Part shown: positions 19,623 through 27,804 of the stretch, piece by piece
Numbering within the stretch: position 1 is the first letter of the stretch
Layout of the letters: each line of letters opens with the position of its first letter
DNA from: a virus
Lineage: Duplodnaviria; Heunggongvirae; Uroviricota; Caudoviricetes; Herelleviridae
IMG/VR virus record: IMGVR_UViG_2974632988_000001
Location: 123,923-162,598 of that record
Reading direction: 5' to 3' (one strand)
DNA: 38,676 nt
Position numbers and translations under genes: made by a program
Notes under the pieces: model-generated
Databases searched by the model: none
What the model was told of the DNA's origin: nothing
Seen by the model: the letters and a program-made list of their open reading frames with translations, nothing else

Positions 19623-19653
19623 TTTATGCATCTCCTTGTCATTTGATAACCTT

Positions 19654-19682
19654 AGTATAATTAGGCATTTCCCAAAAGTCAA
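19654..19682 (-). promoter_or_regulatory. SigA-type early promoter of the Rok-like gene
   Basis: TTGACT-N17-TATACT. Confidence 0.8.
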
Positions 19683-19691
19683 CAAGAAAAT

Positions 19692-19722
19692 AAAAAATAG
19701 ACACGATTATTTTTCGTGTCTA
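19692..19722 (-). terminator. Intrinsic terminator of the 3D-domain gene
   Basis: TAGACACGA-loop-TCGTGTCTA followed by TTTTTT on the minus strand. Confidence 0.8.
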
Positions 19723-19734
19723 CTTAATGGTCTA

Positions 19735-20349
19735 TTAATTTAGGATTGTAACTTGTACTGTTTTTCTTCCCCAGTCACTAGAAACCTTCTTGTTTGGCAT
19801 CAATACATCGATACGATTACCTTTGATTGCACCGCCTGTATCTCCTGCGATTGCTTCTCCATAACCTTCAACATAAATACGAGAACCAAGTGGAATTACT
19901 CTAGGGTCAACTGCAACCATTTTCATACTAGGGTTTGCTGATAAGTTATGTCCCATTGCTGTTTTAACTACTCCACCATATGTACCGCCATTCTCTGCTG
20001 GGTCTGCTGTATATGCAGTAGCAACAACTGTAAGTGTTTTACCTGATGGTTTTTGAACTACAGTTTCTTTCTTAGGTTCTGCTTGAACCGGAGCTTTCGT
20101 ATGTACGACTTCTTGTGTGTTACCTTTTAGTAAAGATAATAGATTAATATTTTGTTCTGCTGTTCCTGTGTAATTACCAATTCCATAGTTAGAAGCTAAT
20201 TGACTACGGTTAGAGAAACTATGGTCTTCTCCTTTTTGGTATAGGTAATCTACTACGCTTGTCTCACTAGCTTGTGCGCTGTGACCTCCTACAAACAAGA
20301 TTCCTGTACCGATTGCTAATGTTGTTACGATATTCCTTAATGTTTTCAT
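19735..20349 (-). CDS. Secreted 3D-domain (MltA-like lytic transglycosylase; YocH/Sps-like) protein with a DUF3597-like cell-wall-binding module
   Basis: Start at ATG 20349 (SD GAGGAG). Signal peptide MKTLRNIVTTLAIGTGILFVGGHSAQA; SVVDYL...SF.NR..LA..YGI.NYTGTAEQN..LL module; 3D motif VVATAYT...VAVDPRVIPLGS.IYVEGYGEAIAGDTGGAIKGNRIDV. Confidence 0.9.
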   Translation of the reverse strand: MKTLRNIVTTLAIGTGILFVGGHSAQASETSVVDYLYQKGEDHSFSNRSQLASNYGIGNYTGTAEQNINLLSLLKGNTQEVVHTKAPVQAEPKKETVVQKPSGKTLTVVATAYTADPAENGGTYGGVVKTAMGHNLSANPSMKMVAVDPRVIPLGSRIYVEGYGEAIAGDTGGAIKGNRIDVLMPNKKVSSDWGRKTVQVTILN

Positions 20350-20394
20350 TAATTCGTTCTCCTCTACATTATATTTGTATTGCTTATACTTCTT

Positions 20395-20403
20395 AATGTA
20401 ACA
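20395..20403 (-). promoter_or_regulatory. Possible extended -10 (TGTTACATT) of the 3D gene with a poor -35 (AATGAT)
   Basis: TGn-TACATT; weak -35, consistent with activator dependence. Confidence 0.4.
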
Positions 20404-20426
20404 CAAACATACAGGAAATCATTGGA

Positions 20427-20454
20427 TGTAAAGGAATTGTAATAGTATTGTAAT
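20427..20454. promoter_or_regulatory. Triple WalR (YycF) box
   Basis: TGTAAA-N5-TGTAAT-N5-TGTAAT on the + strand; matches the consensus TGTWAH-N5-TGTWAH twice over, directly upstream of a YocH-like gene. Confidence 0.75.
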
Positions 20455-20469
20455 AAACCGTTAGTAAAC

Positions 20470-20500
20470 AAAAAAGAAAGAAGCTATATATTATAGCTCC
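20470..20500 (-). terminator. Intrinsic terminator of the three-gene early operon
   Basis: GGAGCTATA-ata-TATAGCTTC followed by TTTCTTTTTT. Confidence 0.75.
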
Positions 20501-20814
20501 TTGTAACCTTGTTTTATAGGTGTTTTATCTGGGTTTGGTTGTTCACCGTCATACGCATAAAGTTTCCATCCGAACTCCTTATTAAAAGGTTTATGGATAT
20601 GAACTAAGAAAGAATATTTATCTACTTGTACGAACATGTACGCTACATCATTACTAACAGGTCTAAATAAATGTGTACGATTTTCGAACCATAATTTTTC
20701 AAACGGTAAATCTGTAAATACATCGTCTCTTAGGAAAACATAGAATGCTTCTAATTGTAGGCGTTCTTCTTCTTTGATTTTAAAATCCTGATAGTTATCT
20801 AATAGATTAGTCAT
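20491..20814 (-). CDS. Hypothetical protein (107 aa)
   Basis: ORF coupled by an 8-nt overlap to the upstream gene. Confidence 0.65.
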   Translation of the reverse strand: MTNLLDNYQDFKIKEEERLQLEAFYVFLRDDVFTDLPFEKLWFENRTHLFRPVSNDVAYMFVQVDKYSFLVHIHKPFNKEFGWKLYAYDGEQPNPDKTPIKQGYKEL

Positions 20815-21253
20815 GATACTTCGCCCACACTGGTAAACCTAGATTAATAAAGTCTACCCCTTCTTTTCTAAATAATCCCATATCAAGTATCTTCCATTCT
20901 AGCATAATCCAATCATTTCCATATACCCCGACTCCAGTAGTTCGAGCTAATAGTTCTATCTTGTATCCCGGATACTCGGAAAATACCTCTAGCACACTAA
21001 ATTCACCTTCATCGCCAACTTCTACAATTCGATTTTCACCATTTTCTTTAGCGACATTATAATTATATTTTATAAAACTATAACTGTACTCTCTAAGTAT
21101 TCTATCTAACCGTAGTTCAAATTTCGTGTTCTGATATTCTAGTCTTTTCATAGCTGCTTCTCTTATAGCATCCTCGTATAAGCTTACTGGTTTCTCTATC
21201 GAAACGCTCTCGAAGTTTACTTTTAATTTATCAATACCCACCTTTTTATACAT
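20807..21253 (-). CDS. Hypothetical protein (148 aa)
   Basis: SD GGAGG; overlaps both neighbours by 8 nt. Confidence 0.65.
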   Translation of the reverse strand: MYKKVGIDKLKVNFESVSIEKPVSLYEDAIREAAMKRLEYQNTKFELRLDRILREYSYSFIKYNYNVAKENGENRIVEVGDEGEFSVLEVFSEYPGYKIELLARTTGVGVYGNDWIMLEWKILDMGLFRKEGVDFINLGLPVWAKYHD

Positions 21254-21524
21254 TACTCAATTCCTCCTTGATTTGTGTAATTGTAAATGTCATTCCTTTG
21301 ATGTATGTTTCGTGCTGTTCTAGATATCCTTCATCATCGTTAGTGTAGTCACAATGATATAGAAACGCTCTAATAGTGTTCGGTGTTGTTACTACCTTTA
21401 TAATGAACTCACATCCCCAACCGTCTTCTAAGTAGATAATCCCACTATCGAAGTATGTAATTTTCGCATTGCTTGGTAACAGGTTGTCCGCGATATACTT
21501 AACTAACTTAGTTGGCTTTTTCAT
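21246..21524 (-). CDS. Hypothetical protein (92 aa, start MKKPTK)
   Basis: SD AAGGAGGAG places the start at ATG 21524 rather than 21554. Confidence 0.65.
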   Translation of the reverse strand: MKKPTKLVKYIADNLLPSNAKITYFDSGIIYLEDGWGCEFIIKVVTTPNTIRAFLYHCDYTNDDEGYLEQHETYIKGMTFTITQIKEELSNV

Positions 21525-21545
21525 ATTCTCTCCTCCTTTACTTTT

Positions 21546-21573
21546 AGTATACATGCCAACTAAAAAATGTCAA
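21546..21573 (-). promoter_or_regulatory. SigA-type early promoter
   Basis: TTGACA-N16-TATACT, with a T-tract upstream. Confidence 0.7.
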
Positions 21574-21574
21574 T

Positions 21575-21599
21575 AAAAAAAGAGACTAATTATAGTCCC
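21575..21599 (-). terminator. Intrinsic terminator of the 717-aa gene
   Basis: GGGACTA-taat-TAGTCTC followed by TTTTTTT. Confidence 0.75.
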
Positions 21600-23752
21600 T
21601 AAATTTTTGTCCATTTTTGTACGCCATCGTTACCTATGCTCATTTTCCAGTTGCTACCGTCGGGTGAACGAAGTACAATACCTTTTGCTGTATCACCGAA
21701 GGATAAGTCGCCATAAACAGTGTTATCACTCTCTGTATTAACGAATGCGACTGGGTACCCATCTCCAGTTGTACCAAAGATACGATTGACACGAACAAGT
21801 GTGTTTATATTGTTAGCGCCCCAGATTGTGAATTTAAGTTTATACGTTTGTGCAGCTCTGGAAGCTACATGTAGTGAAGGTGTCTTTAATCCTGCTTGGT
21901 TTGTAAGCTGGACGTATGAGCCGCCACTAGCCGTTACACGTTCTATCTTTACATTGGTAGGAGTCTCGCCTTGACCAAACGCTATACCTACAGATTCCAT
22001 GTATGGTATTGGTTTAGCTCCAAAATCTATCTCTATAATGATTGGTGCTGCTAGAGTTGGGTTTGTCCATCTACAGAACTGCTCTTTACGAAGAGAGAAC
22101 ATACCGAAGATGTTTCCGCCTGTCTTAGCTGCGCCTATTGAAGTGACTGTGTAACGTTTATCTGCTTGTACTAGGATATCGTCTTGGTCACCTACCATTG
22201 TTTTATCTGCTGGTAGTATAGGTGTGATATCTGGTGGTGGTAACGTAGGTGTAGCTGCGTATGGCATATATGCGCGTCCACCATCTTTTGTACTTGTCAT
22301 CATGATTCTAGATATAGTAGCTACAGGTATAGGTGATGGTTTCTTAGGGTCATCTACCTTATTATTACCCCAGAACTTAATTCTAACCTTTGTACATTTA
22401 TCTGCGCCAGCCCACGGTGCTGATACGGCGTGACTCTGTGACTTGTTGTTCTTTGTCCAGTGTACGCCACCCATCCATTTATTTGATACGATATCAAACA
22501 TGTCTAACTCGTATCCTTTTGGTTGGAATCCCCACGGTGAAACGGCTGTAAGGAATGATGCATACCAACATGGGTCTGTGGATAAATCTATTTCTAAAAC
22601 AACCGGGTTTTCATATGTTACATTGGACATATTAAATGTAACTCCGGCTTCTGTGTCGAATGATAGTAGGTCTGTTAGTTCCCCGGATATAATCGGATGC
22701 GTAGATGTTTGTGTGATAGTGAATCCTCGTTTATCTCCATTTACCATCCAGTCGTCCTGATTCCCTAAGAAGTTAGGAGTGTACGGAATAGAGACAGGGA
22801 ATGCGTTAATGCGTTTATCTGATACATAGTTGTTTGGACTAGGGAATGAGTTTAAGTATCCGTCATCTACCCATGACTCTGTTAACTCTTGAGCCATAGC
22901 TGATTTTACTTCGTTGAACTTGGATGTTTTTGTAAATTCGAATGCAGGATTTGTAACTTGCATCTTATGTAAATCCCAAAAGAATCCGTCGAAATGATTC
23001 AATGCTGATTCACAGTAAATCATGCGCTTAGAACCTGCTTCTGCTTGTAGTTGTAATTGACTAAATAAGTTGCCACCAACATCACGAGGTATACTGTTAT
23101 GTCCTTCTAAATAGATACCATAATCAAAGTTCATAATTGTTATTTGGTGGAACTGGTTCGCGTTCACCCATGAAGGATGATTATTATCTGTGATAGATGG
23201 GTCTACACGTAAGTGAATACCTTTACCGATATTCGTCATTGTTATATTATTACATTTAACATTATCTATATATGAATCAGGTGTGTTTGCTTCCATGAGT
23301 ATTCCTGTACCAAGCCAACCGGAAGACTTCTGGACACCCATGATATTAATATCTTTTAGCACATGGCTTTGTTCGTAGAATTGGAATATATCTGCTGCGT
23401 TGAAGTAGAAACACGCTTTGTCATAGGAAGGGAAAGATTTTAAATCGATTGTAGCTCCTTCTACAGAAGCTAAAGGTTTCATTTGAAATATGTTAATGTT
23501 ATTTTGAGGTTTTATAATGGCGTTTGGTGCGAAGACTAGTTGTACACCTCTTGGTACTACAATTGTTTTCGATACGTTATATGTATCTCCCGGAACATAC
23601 ATGGTTTTAATGCCTGACTTTTCCATTTTCTCGAATGCTTCTTCGAATCCACTACTAGCATCATCATATCTTGTGAAAGGGGCGAAGTCTCTTAGATTGA
23701 GTCCTCTTTCATAGACAGCCGTAAAAATTGAACGCGGAGATACACCAGCCAC
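21599..23752 (-). CDS. Pectate-lyase-like right-handed beta-helix protein (putative polysaccharide depolymerase/tailspike) with two tandem beta-sandwich modules (717 aa)
   Basis: N-terminal LNLRDF...DDASSGFEEAF...MYVPGDTYNVSKTI (Pectate_lyase_3-like), Asn/Ile-rich beta-helix repeats, internal duplication, C-terminal IVLRSPDGSNWKMSIGNDG. Confidence 0.7.
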   Translation of the reverse strand: MAGVSPRSIFTAVYERGLNLRDFAPFTRYDDASSGFEEAFEKMEKSGIKTMYVPGDTYNVSKTIVVPRGVQLVFAPNAIIKPQNNINIFQMKPLASVEGATIDLKSFPSYDKACFYFNAADIFQFYEQSHVLKDINIMGVQKSSGWLGTGILMEANTPDSYIDNVKCNNITMTNIGKGIHLRVDPSITDNNHPSWVNANQFHQITIMNFDYGIYLEGHNSIPRDVGGNLFSQLQLQAEAGSKRMIYCESALNHFDGFFWDLHKMQVTNPAFEFTKTSKFNEVKSAMAQELTESWVDDGYLNSFPSPNNYVSDKRINAFPVSIPYTPNFLGNQDDWMVNGDKRGFTITQTSTHPIISGELTDLLSFDTEAGVTFNMSNVTYENPVVLEIDLSTDPCWYASFLTAVSPWGFQPKGYELDMFDIVSNKWMGGVHWTKNNKSQSHAVSAPWAGADKCTKVRIKFWGNNKVDDPKKPSPIPVATISRIMMTSTKDGGRAYMPYAATPTLPPPDITPILPADKTMVGDQDDILVQADKRYTVTSIGAAKTGGNIFGMFSLRKEQFCRWTNPTLAAPIIIEIDFGAKPIPYMESVGIAFGQGETPTNVKIERVTASGGSYVQLTNQAGLKTPSLHVASRAAQTYKLKFTIWGANNINTLVRVNRIFGTTGDGYPVAFVNTESDNTVYGDLSFGDTAKGIVLRSPDGSNWKMSIGNDGVQKWTKI

Positions 23753-23784
23753 AAAATCACCGACTTCCTCTATTATTATGATTT

Positions 23785-23814
23785 AAAAAAAAGGAGACTA
23801 AATTAATAGTCCCC
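23785..23814 (-). terminator. Intrinsic terminator of the sheath-tube operon
   Basis: GGGGACTA-ttaatt-TAGTCTCC followed by TTTTTTTT. Confidence 0.8.
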
Positions 23815-23821
23815 TTATTTG

Positions 23822-24250
23822 TTATGCGCTACGAACGTTAGCAGAAGTTAGGAAGTAGAAACGAGCTGTCTCTGAACTGATTTCACCAACGTTAACGCTT
23901 TCATTGTAGCTATCGATAGAGCAACCACGATACGCGATTACTACTTCTTGTGTCAAGTTATCATATAGTACAATGTCCATGATATCCATTTGTAAAACTT
24001 CTTCGCCTAAAGCAGCGAATCCTAGAGAAGCTAAGTTCTCTTTCTTCATTCGGAAACGTTCTACCGTTACAGAACCTTCGTAACGTAAGTATACGTGTTC
24101 CTGTGGCATGATTGAACCAATTTGGTAAACACCTTGAGTACCGAATGAACGTTCAGAGCTGATAGATTGAGCGCGGGCAATCGGAACGTTCTTAATCATG
24201 AAGTACACGGTATTTGCCGATTGGACAGTTTGGTTAGCTAAACTTGCCAT
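23822..24250 (-). CDS. Tail tube protein (142 aa, start MASLANQTVQ)
   Basis: Directly downstream of the sheath; IGRAQS-like PIARAQS...SFGTQGVYQIGSIMPQEHVYLRYEG motif of Herelleviridae tube proteins. Confidence 0.9.
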   Translation of the reverse strand: MASLANQTVQSANTVYFMIKNVPIARAQSISSERSFGTQGVYQIGSIMPQEHVYLRYEGSVTVERFRMKKENLASLGFAALGEEVLQMDIMDIVLYDNLTQEVVIAYRGCSIDSYNESVNVGEISSETARFYFLTSANVRSA

Positions 24251-24305
24251 ATATTCATTCACTCCTATTATTAAATTTTAGTAGAGGGGAACTTGTCCCC
24301 TCCGA

Positions 24306-26015
24306 TTATGCTGATAAGTGGTTATCTTTGTAAGACAGATACACGTTGATGTAGTCTAAGCCTTGTGTTGGTTGTACAGCGATGTTGATGATTGCTGTGT
24401 TACCATTGATAACTACTTGGATGTCTTCTGGGCTGTAGTTAACGATTAAGCCATCTACGTTCTTTTGGACATCTAAGAATGACTCGATACGGTTCTTGAT
24501 GATAGATGCAGAAGTGTTACGGATACGTGTTCCGATAAATTCTTCATCAAGTACAGTACGTAACTCTGTAGTTAAGAAGTCAGAAACCTCGCCTAAAGAG
24601 ATACGGTTTTGTACAGGCTCATCAATACGGTTGTATGTAGTCGGGTCAGAAACAACACGGTAAGTTGAACCTTTACGGTTACGAACGAACTCTGTCATTA
24701 CTACTCCTGATGCATCCAATTGGTCTAACTGTTCACCGATGTATTTCTTACCTAATGACTCGATGTTCATTTTCTTGTAAGTAACTGGTTCACCTACAGC
24801 TAGTCCACTTGCTAAACCAGCGATTTGAGCTGCGTACATGTAACCCGGAGCTTTGTAAACTCGACCATCAGCCATACGACGAACTACATCGTCACCGACA
24901 AGAGCGATACGAGCGTTACGGATATTCGCTTGACGTGCTTTAAGACTTTCGAATGTTTCATCGAAACCTCCACCAACGAATCCGCGTAACTGGTTACCAG
25001 CGCTAGATTCTGTACGTAAGAAGTGAGAAAGCTCTGCATGGATAGCTTCACTAGATGTTAATGGTACGATGTAGTAACCACCAACGTCTGCTACTTTAAG
25101 GAATAAGTCAGCCCAAGAAGTAGGAACCGTTCCAGTTGAACCGCCAGCTAAACTAGTTACTGGGATTGAAGCTGGAATACCTTTAGTGAAATCTACTTCA
25201 ACACTTACGTAACGGTCAGAAGCTAATGCGTTAGCTAAGTCAGCAGCGATAGCTTTGATTGGCTCCGCTTTGTCTTTTGTTAAGTCTTTAGCAGCCATAA
25301 CGTCGAAGTATTGTGTTTTAACGTTCTTATAGCCTCCTAGACCGCTCATACTAGCTTTGAAGTCTGGTAGGTTGTTGATGTCGTTGATAAGCGCGTTAAC
25401 GTCCTCAAAGATTCCTGTACCTAACTCGTAAGACTTAACCTCTGCTAATGAAGCTGTGTCAGCACCAACTTTTAAGATTAACTTCTCTGCTAGTTTAGTA
25501 GTAGAGTTTACTTTAACCTCTACGTTAGCTTTCTGTGCGCCTGTGTATTTAAGGTCGAAAATGTTACCGATGTTGTCGTATGTTTTTTCGTAACTCTCTT
25601 TTGTGAAGTAAACAGTGAATCGTTTAGAGTTTGTTAAAGCATTATCCGTTAACGCGATTTGGATGTTGTTTGCATCTACACCATATACGTTAGATGTGAA
25701 TTTCAATCCAAGATTTGTTAATGTAGCTTGTTTTGCATCGTCAACACGTAAAGCGTAAATCTTACCTGCACCGTTAAGGTTTAATGCCGGGTTCCAAGCC
25801 ATCTCGATAGCATCTACTAACTCACCACCACGGAAAGCGGTACGAGCTTGTGCTAAGTTTGTTAATTCTACTGGTTCGTTAGGTTTACCATCTAAAGCTG
25901 AACCAAGAATGATAATTGGTTTTTCACTTTGAGCGTTAGCAGAACCTAAAGCTGTTGAGTCCAAGAATACTTCGGTACGTGGACGTTTTCTGTTGAAACC
26001 ATATGAAACTGCCAT
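24306..26015 (-). CDS. Tail sheath protein (569 aa)
   Basis: MAVSYGFNRKRPRTEVFLD...GGEL.DAIEMAW N-terminus and ISLGEVSDFL...EFIGTR C-terminus of the SPO1/Twort-type sheath. Confidence 0.95.
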   Translation of the reverse strand: MAVSYGFNRKRPRTEVFLDSTALGSANAQSEKPIIILGSALDGKPNEPVELTNLAQARTAFRGGELVDAIEMAWNPALNLNGAGKIYALRVDDAKQATLTNLGLKFTSNVYGVDANNIQIALTDNALTNSKRFTVYFTKESYEKTYDNIGNIFDLKYTGAQKANVEVKVNSTTKLAEKLILKVGADTASLAEVKSYELGTGIFEDVNALINDINNLPDFKASMSGLGGYKNVKTQYFDVMAAKDLTKDKAEPIKAIAADLANALASDRYVSVEVDFTKGIPASIPVTSLAGGSTGTVPTSWADLFLKVADVGGYYIVPLTSSEAIHAELSHFLRTESSAGNQLRGFVGGGFDETFESLKARQANIRNARIALVGDDVVRRMADGRVYKAPGYMYAAQIAGLASGLAVGEPVTYKKMNIESLGKKYIGEQLDQLDASGVVMTEFVRNRKGSTYRVVSDPTTYNRIDEPVQNRISLGEVSDFLTTELRTVLDEEFIGTRIRNTSASIIKNRIESFLDVQKNVDGLIVNYSPEDIQVVINGNTAIINIAVQPTQGLDYINVYLSYKDNHLSA

Positions 26016-26043
26016 ATATGTAATCTTCCTTTCCTATGTATGA

Positions 26044-26253
26044 TTATTTTAAATTAAAGTGTTGCTTAAGTTTTTCCAAGAAAATTAGTTCATCTCTTTG
26101 GTAGTGTTGTCCATTCATTAATGCTCTGAATCCAGCCAATTGAGTATCACTTAAATCGTATAAGTGTTTCGCTGTTTGGATGAACGTATCAATGTGGACA
26201 TAAGGTGCAAGCGGCTCTACTTTTTTCTTTACTTCTTTCGCTTCCTTTTCCAC
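26044..26253 (-). CDS. Small conserved protein upstream of the sheath (69 aa)
   Basis: SD GGAGG; YVHIDTF...GFRALM motif; synteny. Confidence 0.65.
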   Translation of the reverse strand: MEKEAKEVKKKVEPLAPYVHIDTFIQTAKHLYDLSDTQLAGFRALMNGQHYQRDELIFLEKLKQHFNLK

Positions 26254-26271
26254 TATGAACCCTCCATTCTA

Positions 26272-27147
26272 TTAATTGAATTTACTATTTATTTGAAGTT
26301 CCTTAATCATATTTTCAATTGGAACGTCTAAACTATAAGATGTAACGTATTTGATGATGGTTTCGCGTCCATACAGGGTTTCTGCTTTAGCGCCACCGCC
26401 AGTGTTTTCACCTACTGGTATCTCATCTATCTGACCGAACTTAACGCCTTGTAACAGGTTGTTTGTATGCTCTTCTGCTGTGCTTCTCATATAGATGAGG
26501 ACTGCTTTAAGCAATAAATCTAGGCATCTTACTGTATTCATGTTGGTAGAGAGTACTAGAATGGAATAGTATTCCGTAGTAGTGAAACCAGAACGTACAC
26601 CGAACTCGCCTTTACGAGCTGGATTTTCTGATTCCGCCTCATACCATACAGTAAAAGGTTCTAAATTTTCTAACACTTCGTTGTAATCGAAGTACATCCG
26701 GTTACCTTTATACTCAAGTTCACCTTTGGAAAATGTAATACCCGTTACGCTATCAACTTCTGCAATAGGCTTACTAACCTCTAAATACATTTTTCCGTTC
26801 GTTTGGTCTACTTTGATTGCGGATTGTTCGGATAATAAACCTCTCGATGGAGCGCCATATGTACTTTCTTGGTTACCGATACTAGTGTGAGATTCTTCTC
26901 CCTCTCTAAGACCGATATAAATAGCTCCTCGAAGCATCTGTTTATCTTGTGGCATTGTATATACAATGGGTATTTCCGGGGGAGCCGGGTTACGTTTTTC
27001 GTCGTATACATAAGCCTTGATAAACGCTTCTCTTACGTTCGGTTGAACCTCTTTTAATAGTTCTTCTATAATATAGCGGTTCGTCAACAAATTCCCCAGA
27101 GTCGTTTCTATCTGAGTATGCAGGTATGTATCAATACTAGATAACAA
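26272..27147 (-). CDS. Neck / tail terminator-like protein (291 aa)
   Basis: SD AGGAGG; synteny in the head-tail joining cluster. Confidence 0.65.
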   Translation of the reverse strand: MLSSIDTYLHTQIETTLGNLLTNRYIIEELLKEVQPNVREAFIKAYVYDEKRNPAPPEIPIVYTMPQDKQMLRGAIYIGLREGEESHTSIGNQESTYGAPSRGLLSEQSAIKVDQTNGKMYLEVSKPIAEVDSVTGITFSKGELEYKGNRMYFDYNEVLENLEPFTVWYEAESENPARKGEFGVRSGFTTTEYYSILVLSTNMNTVRCLDLLLKAVLIYMRSTAEEHTNNLLQGVKFGQIDEIPVGENTGGGAKAETLYGRETIIKYVTSYSLDVPIENMIKELQINSKFN

Positions 27148-27169
27148 GTTTTCTCCTCCTTTCTAAGCT

Positions 27170-27802
27170 CTAAACACCATTCTTCATATTCCACTTCATA
27201 AGCCTGTTAACGTTTGATACGAAGGTTTTAGAAGTGTTATTGACAGTTACCTTACTTCTATTTACAACCCAGCTACTAGCCGGAGATTTGTCTGATACGG
27301 TACGGAATGCTACATAGTCATGTCGATTATTTCCCACTTTTATCTTCGTGATGTTCTTAGACATCGGTGTGTAGTTCAACATGCTTGCATCAGATTGTTC
27401 TCTCTTATCGTACAAGTAGTCGGATATAACTGTTTTACGTGTGTTCGGTTGGATATCAATAGCCCGTAGTTGTTCGTACATCCTACGTGACATTCCTCTT
27501 GCTTTCCTTCTGATTGGGATTGTAAGGTACCATCCACCATCCTTACTTGTTTTGCGCTTACTACTTTGTGCGAAGTAAGGCTTAAGGTCGATGACACCCA
27601 TAGAATCTAGTCGTTTTTCTGTTAACTGTAAGTACTTCGGTTTCCTTTTCATTTCCATATTCTGCGGCTTGCTCTTAATGATAGCTTCCGCCGTTTCATC
27701 GAGAACTTGGTTACCTAAATTATTTCCCAGATTGGTTAACGCCTTTTTCATTTGCGCTTGGCTCTGGAAAATCTTAGGTCTTCTATTGTTCTTCTTAGCC
27801 AT
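27170..27802 (-). CDS. Basic neck / head completion protein (210 aa)
   Basis: Lys/Arg-rich; GGWYLTIPIRR motif; synteny. Confidence 0.6.
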   Translation of the reverse strand: MAKKNNRRPKIFQSQAQMKKALTNLGNNLGNQVLDETAEAIIKSKPQNMEMKRKPKYLQLTEKRLDSMGVIDLKPYFAQSSKRKTSKDGGWYLTIPIRRKARGMSRRMYEQLRAIDIQPNTRKTVISDYLYDKREQSDASMLNYTPMSKNITKIKVGNNRHDYVAFRTVSDKSPASSWVVNRSKVTVNNTSKTFVSNVNRLMKWNMKNGV

Positions 27803-27804
27803 TA

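Noticed and set aside
19623-20406. Track-given longer N-termini for the Rok-like (19685) and 3D (20406) ORFs
   Set aside because: They run through promoter elements; SD positions support ATG 19622 and ATG 20349.
24283-24303. GC hairpin between sheath and tube as a terminator
   Set aside because: No U-tract follows; more likely a processing or stability stem, so not called as a terminator.
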